Origin: Pavona decussata
Lineage: Eukaryota
Length of the DNA stretch: 64,000 nucleotides
Direction: 5' to 3'
Assembly: GCA_977016875.1 (NCBI GenBank)
Contig: CDRNST010000233.1
Coordinates: forward strand, 930,001 to 994,000
Under the pieces are notes generated by a model. That model worked only from the letters and a program-made list of their open reading frames with translations. It had not been told where the DNA came from and did not search any database. Below are positions 48,401 through 60,750 of the stretch, in pieces. The first letter of the stretch is position 1; each line of letters begins with the position of its first letter. The translations under genes and the position numbers were made by a program.

Positions 48401-51400
48401 GAGTGCACTATTTCAAGTCCATTCACCGTTTCCGTGACGTGCGAGTACACAGGACTGCATCTAATGGCCTCGATTCTCTTCAGCTCTCTGGAAGACTTCA
48501 GGAAATATCGCCCGAAATAAACATATATTCCAATAATCGGAAGAAGAGCCAAGAACAACCAGTAATTTGTTGCTGCAGGAACTAAAACGGCAAACAACGA
48601 CAAGAGGCAAAGGATTACAGCATACAGAAATATTTTTGGCAAAACGTCGTCCATACAACCAATATCTTTGGAAAACCGATTCAAAATACGCCCTGCTGGG
48701 TTAGTGTCGAAAAACAGTACAGGAGCTTTGATAGTCGCTTCGGTCATTTTGTTGTGAAGGTTTTCAGCCGCTTTCAGAAGGAGGTAGTAAAAAAAGAAGG
48801 ACGATGTCGCCATGGCAACGATGGACGCAGCCACAAGGCAAGCATGAATGACTTGAGTAATTGGTGCTTTCTGGTCATCACGTGACATCTCCGCCATTTT
48901 GGCCAACCACCAGTTTGGAGCCAGGAGACAAACTGAAACAAAGTTCACGTAGCCAGTAGGTTAGCAAAAATGCATAAATACAATGTATAAATAATGGACT
49001 CTAACAAGTCGATAGCCCTCCTACCGTTGGTTGTTACAATATTGAAACAGCACTGTTGAGAACGTACTCACTGATCCACAGCTTTCATTCAACTATTCCT
49101 GATACGCTCAAGAGTAAGAATCACTATATCACTCGGGGACTCCTTTCCTACACTCAGTAAAAATCCAATCTTTTTGATATGCGCTGGAACATCTGTAATC
49201 GTTGTGTCTAATCAAGGGAATTATTTAGCACTAAACCTGCTTTTAGAAAGCCCTCTTAAAAAGCACTGAAGAAAGAGAACGAAGGACCCAATAGCCACGT
49301 CTTACGTGATGGTGACGTCATGTTGCCCGAGCATGAAATAAAAACAAAAGAAAAGAGAATAAATATGATAGAGATACTGACCTATGAGCCTCCTTGCCCC
49401 TAAAACTGGATGAAGCCTTTCCAAGTCCCCAAGCTTAACATAAAGATTCTTTTATTTGCCTGACCTTACCTTGTGCAAATATCAATAACAATGCGAGGAA
49501 GATTAGCAATGGTACTGATAGACCTTCCTTAAAATATCTCCAATACAGCCCCCAGGTCACCGTGCCAGTTGTCTTATGTTCTTCCGATTCCTTCAAGTCA
49601 AGAACTTTTCCATGGTCAGCTTCGCGGCCAGTTTTGGCTTTGAGCCCAACGATTTCCGGGACCAAGGCGTCATCTCCTTCTAGTTTGAGCAAATCAAGCA
49701 CATCAGTAAACGGCGAGTTGTCTTCGTGGTCCGTATGCCTTTTCCCAGAAGAAACCAGTGAAGGGAATGACCTATTGGAGAGCTCCACGATCCCTTTCTC
49801 ACTACGTTCTTTAACGCTTTCGAGACTTTCTCCAGAGCTTTCAGACTGTTGAAGCTCCTCCTGGCTAATGACTAAACTCTTTTCCAAATCCGAATCACAC
49901 GAAAAAGATTGTTTCTCAAGCCCCTGCTCAATCGCAACAGGCAACATATTTGGTTCATCCGACGTCTTCTCGATCTTTCCTTTCTCACCAACCTTGTTTA
50001 GACTTCTACTCCTTGAGTTCTCAAAATCGTCCGATTCCTCACCCTCTTCCTGGCAAATAATGAAATTCTTTTCCAACATCGGATCACCTGAAAAAGATTC
50101 GGTTTTGTGCCCATTTTCAGACGACTCCTGGGAGATAGATGGTCCATTCAGCGTCTCCTCGATCTTTCCTTTCCCATTTAACTCCTGGTTACTAATCAGC
50201 TCTTGTCTTTCAGACGCTGGAGGAATCATTAAATTCTTTTCCAGCTCCAAATCACTACACAAAGCCTCTTTGCCGTCATGGTCTTCTTGTCCTTTCTCGA
50301 TGGGAGCCGAGACAACAGACGGTTCTTGCGCTAGGGTCTCATTGCTGCCTTCACTCCCTGCACTCTCAGTTTCATTCTCAGAAGGCTCTGATGATAATTC
50401 CACAATTCCTCCAAATGCTCCCTTCGCTTTAAGCTCATCATAGCTTCCCTGGTATGCTACTGAACCCTTTTCAATAACAGCAATACGACTGACATCTTTC
50501 AAATACTGCAGTTGGTGAGTGGCCAACAAACGAATGCGACCCGATAATTCCCCGAGGATGCAACTATCGAATAGTTTCCTTCCCACTTTAGTGTCCACCG
50601 CACTTAGTGGATCGTCGAGTAGGTAAATGTCAGCGTTTGTATACACGGCACGTGCTAGCCCCACCCGTGCTTTTTGTCCTCCACTAAGACTCACTCCACG
50701 CTGTCCAATTTCGGTAAGATCACCTCTGGCAAAATCACTGAGGTCCTTCACCAACCCACAGACATGAACGACTCTTTGGAACCTCTCTTCCTGAAATGGC
50801 AAACCAAACAAAATATTTTCCCTTACGGTTCCCGAAAACACCCAGGGTATTTGAGGTACATAAGCTACTTTCCCGTGAATCGACAATGTTCCTTGACGTA
50901 ACGGTAGTTCCTTAAGAATAGCCGTTAGTAAAGACGATTTTCCACTTCCTACTGCGCCCGTGATCGCTAACATCTCACCTTTACGGATAGTTAACGTTAT
51001 GCCACACAAGGTGTCGGAAAGGTAACTTTGACTCCAAGAACACGTCGCATCAGATATAGAAAGAAAAGGTTGGCTGCTGCTTGGCACACTAATTTGATCA
51101 CTGAGGTTTAATCCGCCAATAGACTGACCTATAAATGCCTCCGATGAAACGTCATAAAAGTTACTAAAGGAAATGTCTTCATTACTCACAGACACTGCAT
51201 CAAAAATAAATGGTTTCAAATTCTTGGCTGAAGGATAGTCTCGTTTTCTGTTATTCTCTTTTTGCTTCGTAATTTTATAATGTACCGCAAGATCATCTTC
51301 AAGATTAACCGATTGCTCTACTAAAGGCGGTCTTTTCTCGTGGTTCTCCACGGTTGGTTCATAGTTTGCATCCTGGACCTTAAGAAAGGCCTGGATTCTG

Positions 51401-54400
51401 TCAAGGGCTACTTTAGCTTCAGCGACCATGTAGACGGACCCACACAAGTTGTTACAAAATATAAAGCGTATCGTTACAAGGCCTAGGAGAAGTGTGAATA
51501 CCATAAAGGAAGAGAAATACGTTCCTGTCAGAGCTAGAGTTGTAACTGCAATAAGAACGGCTAGGGGGAGTGTTGTGTCGAACAAAACAGAAATCATGGA
51601 AATGATGAAGCCTTTGAAGCGAATTACGGTCATCTCTTTTCTGCAAAGAAATTTAGAAAAATAGATATTAGTATAAAAAAAAACTGGATCATCGTATAAT
51701 GCAATTCGATGGATTTGATTGGCTTAGCGACCATGGCATATGAGCCATTATACAATGCCCGAGAAATAACGATAAGATCATTAAATTGTCTCCTGGTTGT
51801 TCTTGCAAAGCAAAATCAACAAGATGAAGCAATATTTCTTGATTGTTTTTAATAAAACAATTATTCCACTCACGGTTGTTGGATATGAGATGATTAATAG
51901 CCAACGAGGCGCTACGTACCTCGTTGGCTATCTATCATTCCACAGTGCAATGCGCGCTCGTGGAATAATTGGTAAATAGCCCTAGTTTGATTTGCCCCCA
52001 TGTCTTTCTCGGACAAAACTGTTATATTTGGTCAAAACTCGAAACAAAACACAAGAAAATCTCGTCACACGCGGGAAAGTGTGTACAAGCAAATCATTGG
52101 TTGACTTGTAATTGGTTGGGAATTTTTTAACCAACCGTTAACGCAAAACCAAACCAAATGTGAAATGACTTTCGAGAGTCAAATGAAAACCGCTTTAAGA
52201 GACAAAGGAAAATAGACGAATTTGCAATTTTCTGCAGTAGGCTTAGGGAGAGTCGGAGTCGTCTTAGAATTTTTTATTAAAGCAAGTTTCTGTAGTGATA
52301 ACGGAATTTTTTCAGTGTCTTAAACCCGAAACCAATTTAATCACTCTAACCAATGAGAACAGACGAAAACAGCGCAGTGAACCAATCAGAACTCAAAGCA
52401 AATATATGAGATGGTGTCAAGCGCGGGAAAACGCGCCTTTCCTTAAACCGATCGATCGGAACCATAGTTGTTGTTTTGTTTCATTTTGTTTTGATTCCTT
52501 TGTTTGGATTGTTTTTCTCATTACCTGCGAAACTCGAACAAAATGTCCCTGAAGTTCCACTCCCAAGCATACATTTTCACTGCTCGTATTCCAGAGATGA
52601 TTTCATTCATCACCACGAGTCGTTTATCTGTGAACGCAGCCGCCTTCTGTCTAAGTTTGGCAGCTTTTCTCGCTATGAAGATTTGCAAGGTGACTAACAG
52701 GAAAAACAGGGATGCACCAACGAACGCTTCCCAGCCAATCAAGTACCACAGGATTACCAAGCTGATTGAAAGTTCCAAAGGCACAGAAAGCACCATTCCC
52801 AGTTGGTTCAAGGACTTTTCCACTTTTTGTGCATCGTTAGAGATTAGGTTGATGATGTTTCCAGATAACTTGGACTCCAGGCCATACCGATTTAGTGAGA
52901 GAACCTAACGGCAAACACAACTTAAAGTCACCAATTCATTTTCACTGTAACCTTTACCATAGCGAAGCATTTTCAGGTACCATAAAGTGTGTTAAATTAT
53001 TGCGATGGCACCCGAAGTTATATGTCTTTATCCTCACAAATGAGTTAGTACATATGAAGAACAGTGACGAGAAAATGCCCGTAAAATAAATAAACAAGAT
53101 GCCCTTAATCGGCATTACACGGAATGCTTAATGTAACCCCATTTATTTCCCATGATACGTTTCGGAGATATTTAAAAACTATCCTCCTTTCTAATGAGAT
53201 TAAATTTAGAGATACAGTTTTTTCGCTTATTTTTATAGTGAACTGTATCCTCCCTTCGCAATTGAAATAATTGAATGGTTTTAAATCAGAGACACTGCGT
53301 GATATTTAATCGTTGTTACTGGGAATCATACCGGGAATAACTCTGCGATAACATCATTAGCCCGCTGAACTGGTCTGGCTTCATCCGCGTTAAATTATTT
53401 GATCTGTTTGTGAAAGCGTCGTTTTTTCGCTGTGAACTCTCCCAATTTCCACCGTTTCAACTTTCGAGTACTATCTAGAAGTTATTATTTCGATTTACCG
53501 CTTGAAAAACGTTTGTTTTCTGTCTGAAAACGGCAGATCAGAGTCTAAAAATTCATACACGTGGCCGCCATTGAATGAAAACAACCTTCTAAATGGTGAT
53601 TTGCATTGACGTCACACAGGTAGAGATGAGTGGTTCCCCTCCCTGGTGATATACGCGCCAAATATTGATTTTGATTGGGCTGTTTATGTTGAAGACAATC
53701 AGAACAATAGATCCCTTCTGGGAGAGGACAGAATTTAATCTAGGTTTAATGAATAAATCAAATGATGATTTGACGTCAGAAAGGAAAGGATGAGTGGGTC
53801 CCCTCTCTCATGATATGTGCCTAAATAATAGATTTTGATTGGGTCGCTTCTGTTGAAGACAATCAGAATAATACATCCCTACTAGGGGAGGACAAATTTT
53901 AAAGCATAAATTAATGTGTCGATTTGTCGATACGACGAAGAAGAAAAAAAAAGATACCCGACCCAAACCTAGACACGGCCTGCCCTGTTGGCATTCCGTG
54001 TAAAAATTGACCAGTTTATTGAAGTGTAAGTGCATTTAACGCAGAGAACTAATTGAGAACACTCTCCATATCGAATTGGAATTTGGAAATGTTGGTTTTT
54101 GAAGAAAGAAAACGGAAGTACCCGGAGAAAAACCTCTCAGAGCAAGAGTGAGAACCAACAACAAACTCAACCCACATATGACGCCAAGTCCGGGATTCGA
54201 AGCAAAGCCACATTGGTGGGAAGCGAGTGTCTTCACCACTGCGCCATTCCTGCGCCCCTGACCCATTGGGACTTACTAAGAGGAAAGCTCTTCTTTGCGT
54301 ATTATTTTACCCTGGGCTTGTTATTTATATTCAAATGTGCTGATTACTGTTAACTGGGAGCATTTGAAAAGCCAAACCGTAAAAATTCCAAACATAAGTC

Positions 54401-56590
54401 CCACCGAAATTACAATGATACAGCACGTTCTAGAACATTCTTGAACATTACACTTCAAGCTTGACAAACAAAGTGACCATCATGCCAAAAATTAGCTCTT
54501 TGTTGTAAATTTTCGAAGCTGAGATCACATGGGCACTTTTTAAGTGCTAATTGCGTCAAACAAATCTCTATCATGTCTAATTTTGTACTGGCTCCTTCAG
54601 ATTAAAAACTGTTCAGAAATGCTTCCAAGATCTTGAAGGAAATTAATACTCAAAAGAGAAGGGGGGGAGGGACGATGGGGAGGGTACAAACATTTTGGAC
54701 CCAAACCCCCGAGCCCTCGTCCCCCCTCCCCCTGCCCTTGTCCCCCCTCCCCCTGCCCATACACACACACACCCCACCTCCAGCTGCCTTAAAAGGTCTG
54801 GAGAAATTGGCAAAACACTTGGAGAGTTCTAAGAGGTGGATGGCAACTACCATTCTGAAGTTTCAGTACCCTAAAAGAGCATGCAAAATAACACTCTCCA
54901 CTGGTTTGGAATATGCTAAAACACATTACTTGTTAACAATAACCATTGTTCTGCAAGGCCAATCTGTTGTAACATTAAACAGACAGCAAAGAATCTTTCC
55001 TGTACTAGTAAGTGAATCAGCCAAATATTTTGACATAGGGTCACTGCAATGATCTCTTATGTGAAAGCAACAAAGTGAGTAAGCTACAAATATTCCTTGC
55101 TGTCTGTTTCACCTTACATATCAGTATGTTGGAATGTTACATATCAATTCACATTGACGTTCATTCATATTCCTGTTGCATATCAATTCAGATAGTTGTT
55201 AGTTGATCCCGAGTGAAATCAGACTTTCCATTTGAGTGAGCGGCCCTAAGATATTAGTGACTGATGTACAGTAATAAGAATAAGCTGTGCTATTTCGTCT
55301 GCTTCTACTGTGAATTCGCTGTTGTGTAGTAGTTGTCAGATCAGCCTTGAATTCAAGAGACCAGGGTTCAAGTCCTCGCCCACAAACCACATTCTCACAC
55401 ATTATGTTATATCTTGCTCTTACACATTTACTTACTATGATTTGTTGGACTTGTAAACCTGACAGCTTCGGATGATGAGTTGGCTCCCCAATTTTGAATT
55501 TAAATTTAGACTGACTTAATGGTTTCTGTGAGAGCGTCAGCCCAACGGGATTTTAGTTCCAGAAAATACCCATAGCCCCCACACCAATGTACAGAAGAGA
55601 TTTGAAATTCCAAGTGGAAGGGGGAGGGATTTAAAGACCAACCAAATTTACAAGCTAGACTTTCCAGAGGGATAGGATGGCCCTGTGTTGTTCCAGAAAA
55701 TATCCATACCCACCCTCATAAGGTTTTTTTTTAACGGGTGGAGGGGGTCCCCCAACCCCCAAGAAATTCCCGTTTAGCATTTATTCATGTTCTTCCAAAA
55801 CTTCTGAATGACATTTGAGGGCATTCATCAGGCTTTCCAGTGATCTTATGTGTGGCCCCTCCCCCCTTAGGCTTTCCAATTATTTTCTGGGCAAGTCGGG
55901 GGAGGGGTGTGGATGATATTTTCAGGACCCATACATTATACACTGGGTGTCAAAATACATAATCACAGTGTGTAGGATTTTGGAATACACCCAATTCACA
56001 TGTCACTCAAAGCCAGTTACTAACAGTAATTTCTTTTCAAGACTGTATTTACTAACTACAAACTTAATTACCTTCTTGTAAACAAGTCCAATTACTGCCA
56101 CCTTCAGCTTCAGAGCCCAGAGCTCTGTAAGGTAGTCATAGTGTTGTGTCGAGAGTGCTTTTATCACACTTGTTACTCCCAAAAGTGCCACATAGATAAA
56201 TGCAAGCGTCATGTCCATATTTGGCCTATCATTTAATGTCTTCAACATAAGCCAAAGACATAAAGGGAGAAAGACAAAGCTCAAAGACCACAGCAATCTC
56301 AAAATAACTATTGCAACACCTGATCTCCAGGGAATAAGCCTGATCAATGCTTTCCATAAATGTGGCTTCTTGTTTTTAAATTGACTCCTTTTCAATTCAT
56401 CCAGCCAGTATTTCTCAGCTTTTTCTATGAGCACCTCAGCTTTGTAATCTTCTAGAAGGGGAAGCAAATCTTTGTCAGTCAGTGGTCGCTTGTTCCCAAG
56501 GCTTAGCACATCTTGTAGCCACCATAGGAACACGATTGAGAACACACTTGCTCCATCTCTGGGATTTTTTGGCTCTGATGTCCTCTCCAT
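45459..56590 (-). CDS. ABCC4: ABCC4/MRP4-like ABC transporter (short ABCC, TMD1-NBD1-TMD2-NBD2), 7 coding exons, ~1564 aa
   Basis: Minus-strand exons 56590-56072, 52904-52525, 51640-49470, 48932-48362, 47666-47530, 46959-46598, 46013-45459 join in frame (4695 nt). Motifs: N-terminal NPRDGASVFS...WW lasso, NEIISGIRAVKMYAWE, Walker A GAVGSGKSS and GRTGAGKSS, signatures LSGGQ and LSVGERQ, LLDDPLSAVD, FFDTNPAGRILNRFSKD, IMDEATANVD, TIAHRL. Exact orthology within ABCC4-like paralogues is not established. Confidence 0.93.
51688..51977. mobile_element. Interspersed non-autonomous repeat, with a related partial copy at ~9430-9620
   Basis: Shared sequence taatgcaattc...attgg.ttagcg.ccatgg.atatgagc...aaagcaaaatca.caagat...aaaacaatta in both loci. 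Confidence 0.65.
53598..53900. repeat. Diverged direct repeat, 164-bp period, in ABCC intron 1
   Basis: TGACGTCA at 53607 and 53771, gattttgattggg at ~53667 and ~53831, tgttgaagacaatcagaa in both units. Confidence 0.75.
54065..54260 (-). mobile_element. tRNA-derived SINE, with a degenerate copy at ~33890-34075
   Basis: Minus strand begins ggcgcaggaatggcgcagtggtgaagacactcgcttcccaccaatgtggc..gcttcgaatcccgg (A-box/B-box tRNA-like head), followed by a non-tRNA body. Confidence 0.7.
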
Positions 56591-56936
56591 GTTTTATTAC
56601 TCTTTCTTATCTTACTCAATTTTTATTCTCATGATGCAAACCATAGAATTGCTGTGAAAAGGAAATGAGTGGCACATGTGCTTAGTGAATATTGACACAA
56701 AACGTTTTCACATAATTTGTGTATTTGATGACTAATTTAAGAATCAATTAAATGTTCTTTCATTTTCTTTTCCTTTATTTTACTTTGCTAGACTTAACAA
56801 TACAGATTTAACAAAAACAAATTTACAAACAAAACAAAGGAAGATGAAAACTGGGTTTACTCTCAAGATTCACAATTGAATGTCCCACTACAAATGTGGG
56901 TCAACAAGAAAGAAAAAAAAAATAAAAGCAATAATA

Positions 56937-57645
56937 ATTATTAGTATATACCACACAAGTGAATAGTGCTTTTCGCGCGCGCTGATTGGCTAGCTCGGAC
57001 GTAATTACCCAAGTACTATTCACCTCCGAGCAGCCGAAGAGAAACAAGATGTCTTCCCGTTTCGCCACGGTCACCTAATAGGAAAATATTTCAATAAAAG
57101 AGACAGCTATTACAAAAAATAAAAAATGGCAACAAAGTTTGGTCTGACAGCATTGCATGGTAAGTTATTTAATCTTTCAAGACCTCATATTCTAAGGCGA
57201 AAAATAAAAATACAATGCATTGTTTGCGAAAACTGTTGAGCACTATAATTTTATTTAATACAATGTAAAGAATGAAACATCTAATGTTTTGCAGTATGGT
57301 TTCAACAACAGGACAAATTTCACACAACAATTAAAGAAAACACACATAGCAACTAAACAAGTGCCTCAAGAAGTTTTATTTGTCCGCAAGAAAGCAAGAT
57401 GCAACTTTCTTCAATAAGAAATCGCTTACCACACGGCGCGCAAGATTTCAAAACTTCCCACCATTTGTCGGTATATTGTCAAAAATAAAGTAATTTTTGG
57501 TCCAATTCTTATTTAGCTTGTGTGGTATATACTAAAACAATTATTCACCTCAGTGTCGGTGAAAGTGATGGATATTTACCTTGCCGCTTTGCGGCTCAGT
57601 AAATATCCGTCAGTATTCACCTCCATCTTGGTAAATAATTGTTAA
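56937..57645. mobile_element. Non-autonomous DNA element with internal inverted repeats
   Basis: ttagtatataccacacaag (56941) and its reverse complement cttgtgtggtatatactaa (~57517), followed by a palindromic tail. Confidence 0.55.
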
Positions 57646-57648
57646 TTA

Positions 57649-57677
57649 TTAATAATAATAATAATAATAATAATAAT

Positions 57678-57718
<41 letters not shown>
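57649..57718. repeat. (AAT)n microsatellite
   Basis: Direct reading. Confidence 0.95.
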
Positions 57719-57719
<1 letters not shown>

Positions 57720-60700
57720 TACTGAGATGTCCTCCATGGAGGCTTTACTGTCAGGTTATGCTATTTTGAAAACAGCAGGAGATTTTGAGACTCTCTCATT
57801 GTCAATGTTCAAGCCCAAGTCAAGTTTGAGCCAGGATCCAACATTTATTTTTGGATTTTCCTCTTCTTTTTAAGTTTTCTGGATTTCATTCTTGTTTACA
57901 TGATGATGTGACAACTGTGGTAAACAGAAAGATTAACTGCCGGGTTTGCAACATATCTTATTATCGATCGTTAGAGCGCTATTACTGCTGCGATTCTCTA
58001 CTTCTGTTAAAAGATATGCGACATCCCCCATTGTCCATAAATTTTCTAAGAAGATTAAGACCTCTATTCCCATACACCTGAAACAGAGATCCCATCTCCG
58101 CACCTGGGAAAATGGGCGATGAAGGAGTATCACCCTGCCACTCAAGCCCCCATCTTGTTGGAATGGAATGCAGCCTATACCCTTTGCAAGCAAAATGTTG
58201 ACAGCCATGTTTTTTTAAGTAAGAATTGTTCATACGATTATGATCCACAATAACTGGATGCATATGGATTCAACATAAAACGGAACTGCTTTATCCGTAG
58301 CCATCAGTTCGAGCTTTAATAAGACAACACTGTCAACCCGTGCTCTAAATCTGACATGAAAGGTTTGTCCGTTAGCTTCGGTGGTATCCATATACGTGGG
58401 CTTCACAAGGCAAAGTGGATAACTAGACAACAACACTCGACAAACCGCTTTCAAGAAAGTGCATGAATGAGGAATTATAGCGGTTAATTTCTTTCAAAAA
58501 ACCTCGACCTACCAACAAATTGACCTCTCGCGATTACGTCTACAGGGAAAATGTTCGAACAGCAGTTGGCGCGTCATTATGAAAGTGAGAATCGCAATCA
58601 AAGATAGCTAGACATAAACGAAACAAAAGGAAAAAAGAAAATAAAAGAAACGGAAGCTGACTCGAACTTGACTGAAGTTGCGTGAATCGTGACTCAGGCC
58701 ACAGCTGATCGCCATAAGCCGATTTATCTCCAAAACACTATTTTTCCTTGAAGGTTCGAGTTATTGGGAGTCAACTGCAGCTGCGTAGTAAAATAAAACT
58801 TTCATTACCTTTCTTGTATTAATCTCCCTTTTCTGCAAGCGGCGGCCATTTTGAACAATTTCGGCTCGGTCCTCTATCTCGAGGAATGGGCCCAAGTTGT
58901 CAGGTTTGGAATTGCTCGGAAATTTCCGTCAACCTAAAACCCATTTTAAAATCGCGCTGACATGGCCAAAATACGGCACAAAAACACTGGCAAGATACCG
59001 AGGAGACAAGGTAAGCCATTTTTTTTTTCAATTCATGCCATTTATTTTCGATTCCAAAACACGTTCGTAAATTCCCATACAAACCCTTATAATTTACGCC
59101 ATTGCGTAACATCGTGACACTCAAATTACAAAGGTCAAAACAAAGGTCTTTATTTTAACGCTCATACAGCTTGGGATACCTGTGGTAAAATGCCTGAGTA
59201 TGGTTCACGTCTGACCGCAGGAAACCGGGGTTCGAGTACTGCCGGTGAACCACATAGTACGTTATATCTTTCAACCCTCTCTTCCCTTCTTATATGCTGT
59301 TCACACCTGTAGTTCATATTGATAAATACAAGCATACCGGAGTACAACTGGACAAATCTACATGGATTTTCAAAATCGATATCAATTTTATATAATGCCT
59401 TAACAATTCTAGTTTAAAAACAAATAAGGTTCATTGCTTCAGTAATGTTTCCGTTCCAAAGTACTGAGCAAATTGTAGGGACAGAGGCGGCGGAGCGTTT
59501 TCAAACATGGGTTGGGGGGGGGGGGGGGGGGGCTCATCGTACAGTGCAATAGCAGGTCTAACATGAGAATTGTTTGGAATTACAAGCGTAAAACTCGTCG
59601 TTTTGACAAGAATTGAAGAAAGCACCCCAGCGAGTTGTGATCGGTCGGTGAAGAAGAAACTGAATATTATCTAATGGAATTCGAATTCTGCCTTGAAATC
59701 TTTACAACTGCAATCTTGGATCTTGTATGTCGCTCAGTCTGTAGTTTTTGAAGCCGCTTTTTACAGATGTAACAAGATGTTGTGAAACAAGATGTAGAAT
59801 GTCCAGAAAACAGATTGTAGACATTAAATGTTCCCCGACCTTGTGCGAACTGTCACCTAATTTTTCGATTGATGAAAGTCAAACAAAACACAACAAATAA
59901 TCGCTCATGTTCTCACTTGCTTGGAAAACCTACCCTGTGTACAGCCGCCCCCTGTAAATAAACATGATATTCTTCCGCACGAGATTTTTATCCGTATTCT
60001 TGACAATATTATTTCTACAAAAAACACGCGAAATACAACTCATTTCACAAGTTCATCTGTTGGGCACACGAAGGTGACGACCGAAGCACACGTTGCCCGC
60101 CACTTATGAAACCCCCGCGAAAATGTCAACCAATTAAAACGAGCTATTTGCATGATGCAATGATCAGAGAGTATCAGCCAATCATATAATTTTGCACGTG
60201 ATTGCTGAACACGATAATCAACGGTCAAGAACAGACGTCTCTCTCCCCGATTTTTCCTGAGGGGAGGGGGCGGCTGTAGACAGGCTAGGCAGCAGAGAAG
60301 AGAAATAGATGGAGGACTTTGATTCCAGCCCTATGCCCAGTTGGGACCTAAGAGAAAGAACCCTCATACTGATTTCGTCGTTTATTATACCCACATTTCC
60401 ACACTTCATTACATTTGAGTTCATAATTCGTTACTTGTAATCATTATTCCCGAACTGCAAAAGTCTACAAAATGCGGCACACAAAAGGAGCAAAAACATT
60501 ATCTTAATCCCACAAAAATCTATGAAATGTATTCTAAAAACACTTAAAGTGTACGCTTAATATAGGTTTCATGACAAAATGGCTAAAGTTTAGTAACCGC
60601 GTCCGCCAAATGGAGGGCACAGCACAGTACAGGTTCATTTTAAAGTAAATTAGGGAGCAAAGCTAGTATCCACTTAATAGAAGAAGGTATTCACTGTAAT

Positions 60701-60750
60701 TATGCACAGATTTGTGCAGTCCATGAGATAGCTTTTTGGATCTTATGTCT

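Noticed and set aside
49562-50443. Ser/Phe-rich plus-strand ORFs
   Set aside because: Antisense shadows of the acidic ABCC linker.
57933-58454. Overlapping short minus-strand ORFs upstream of the ABCC gene
   Set aside because: Interrupted by stops, with no recognisable domain and no convincing exon chain.
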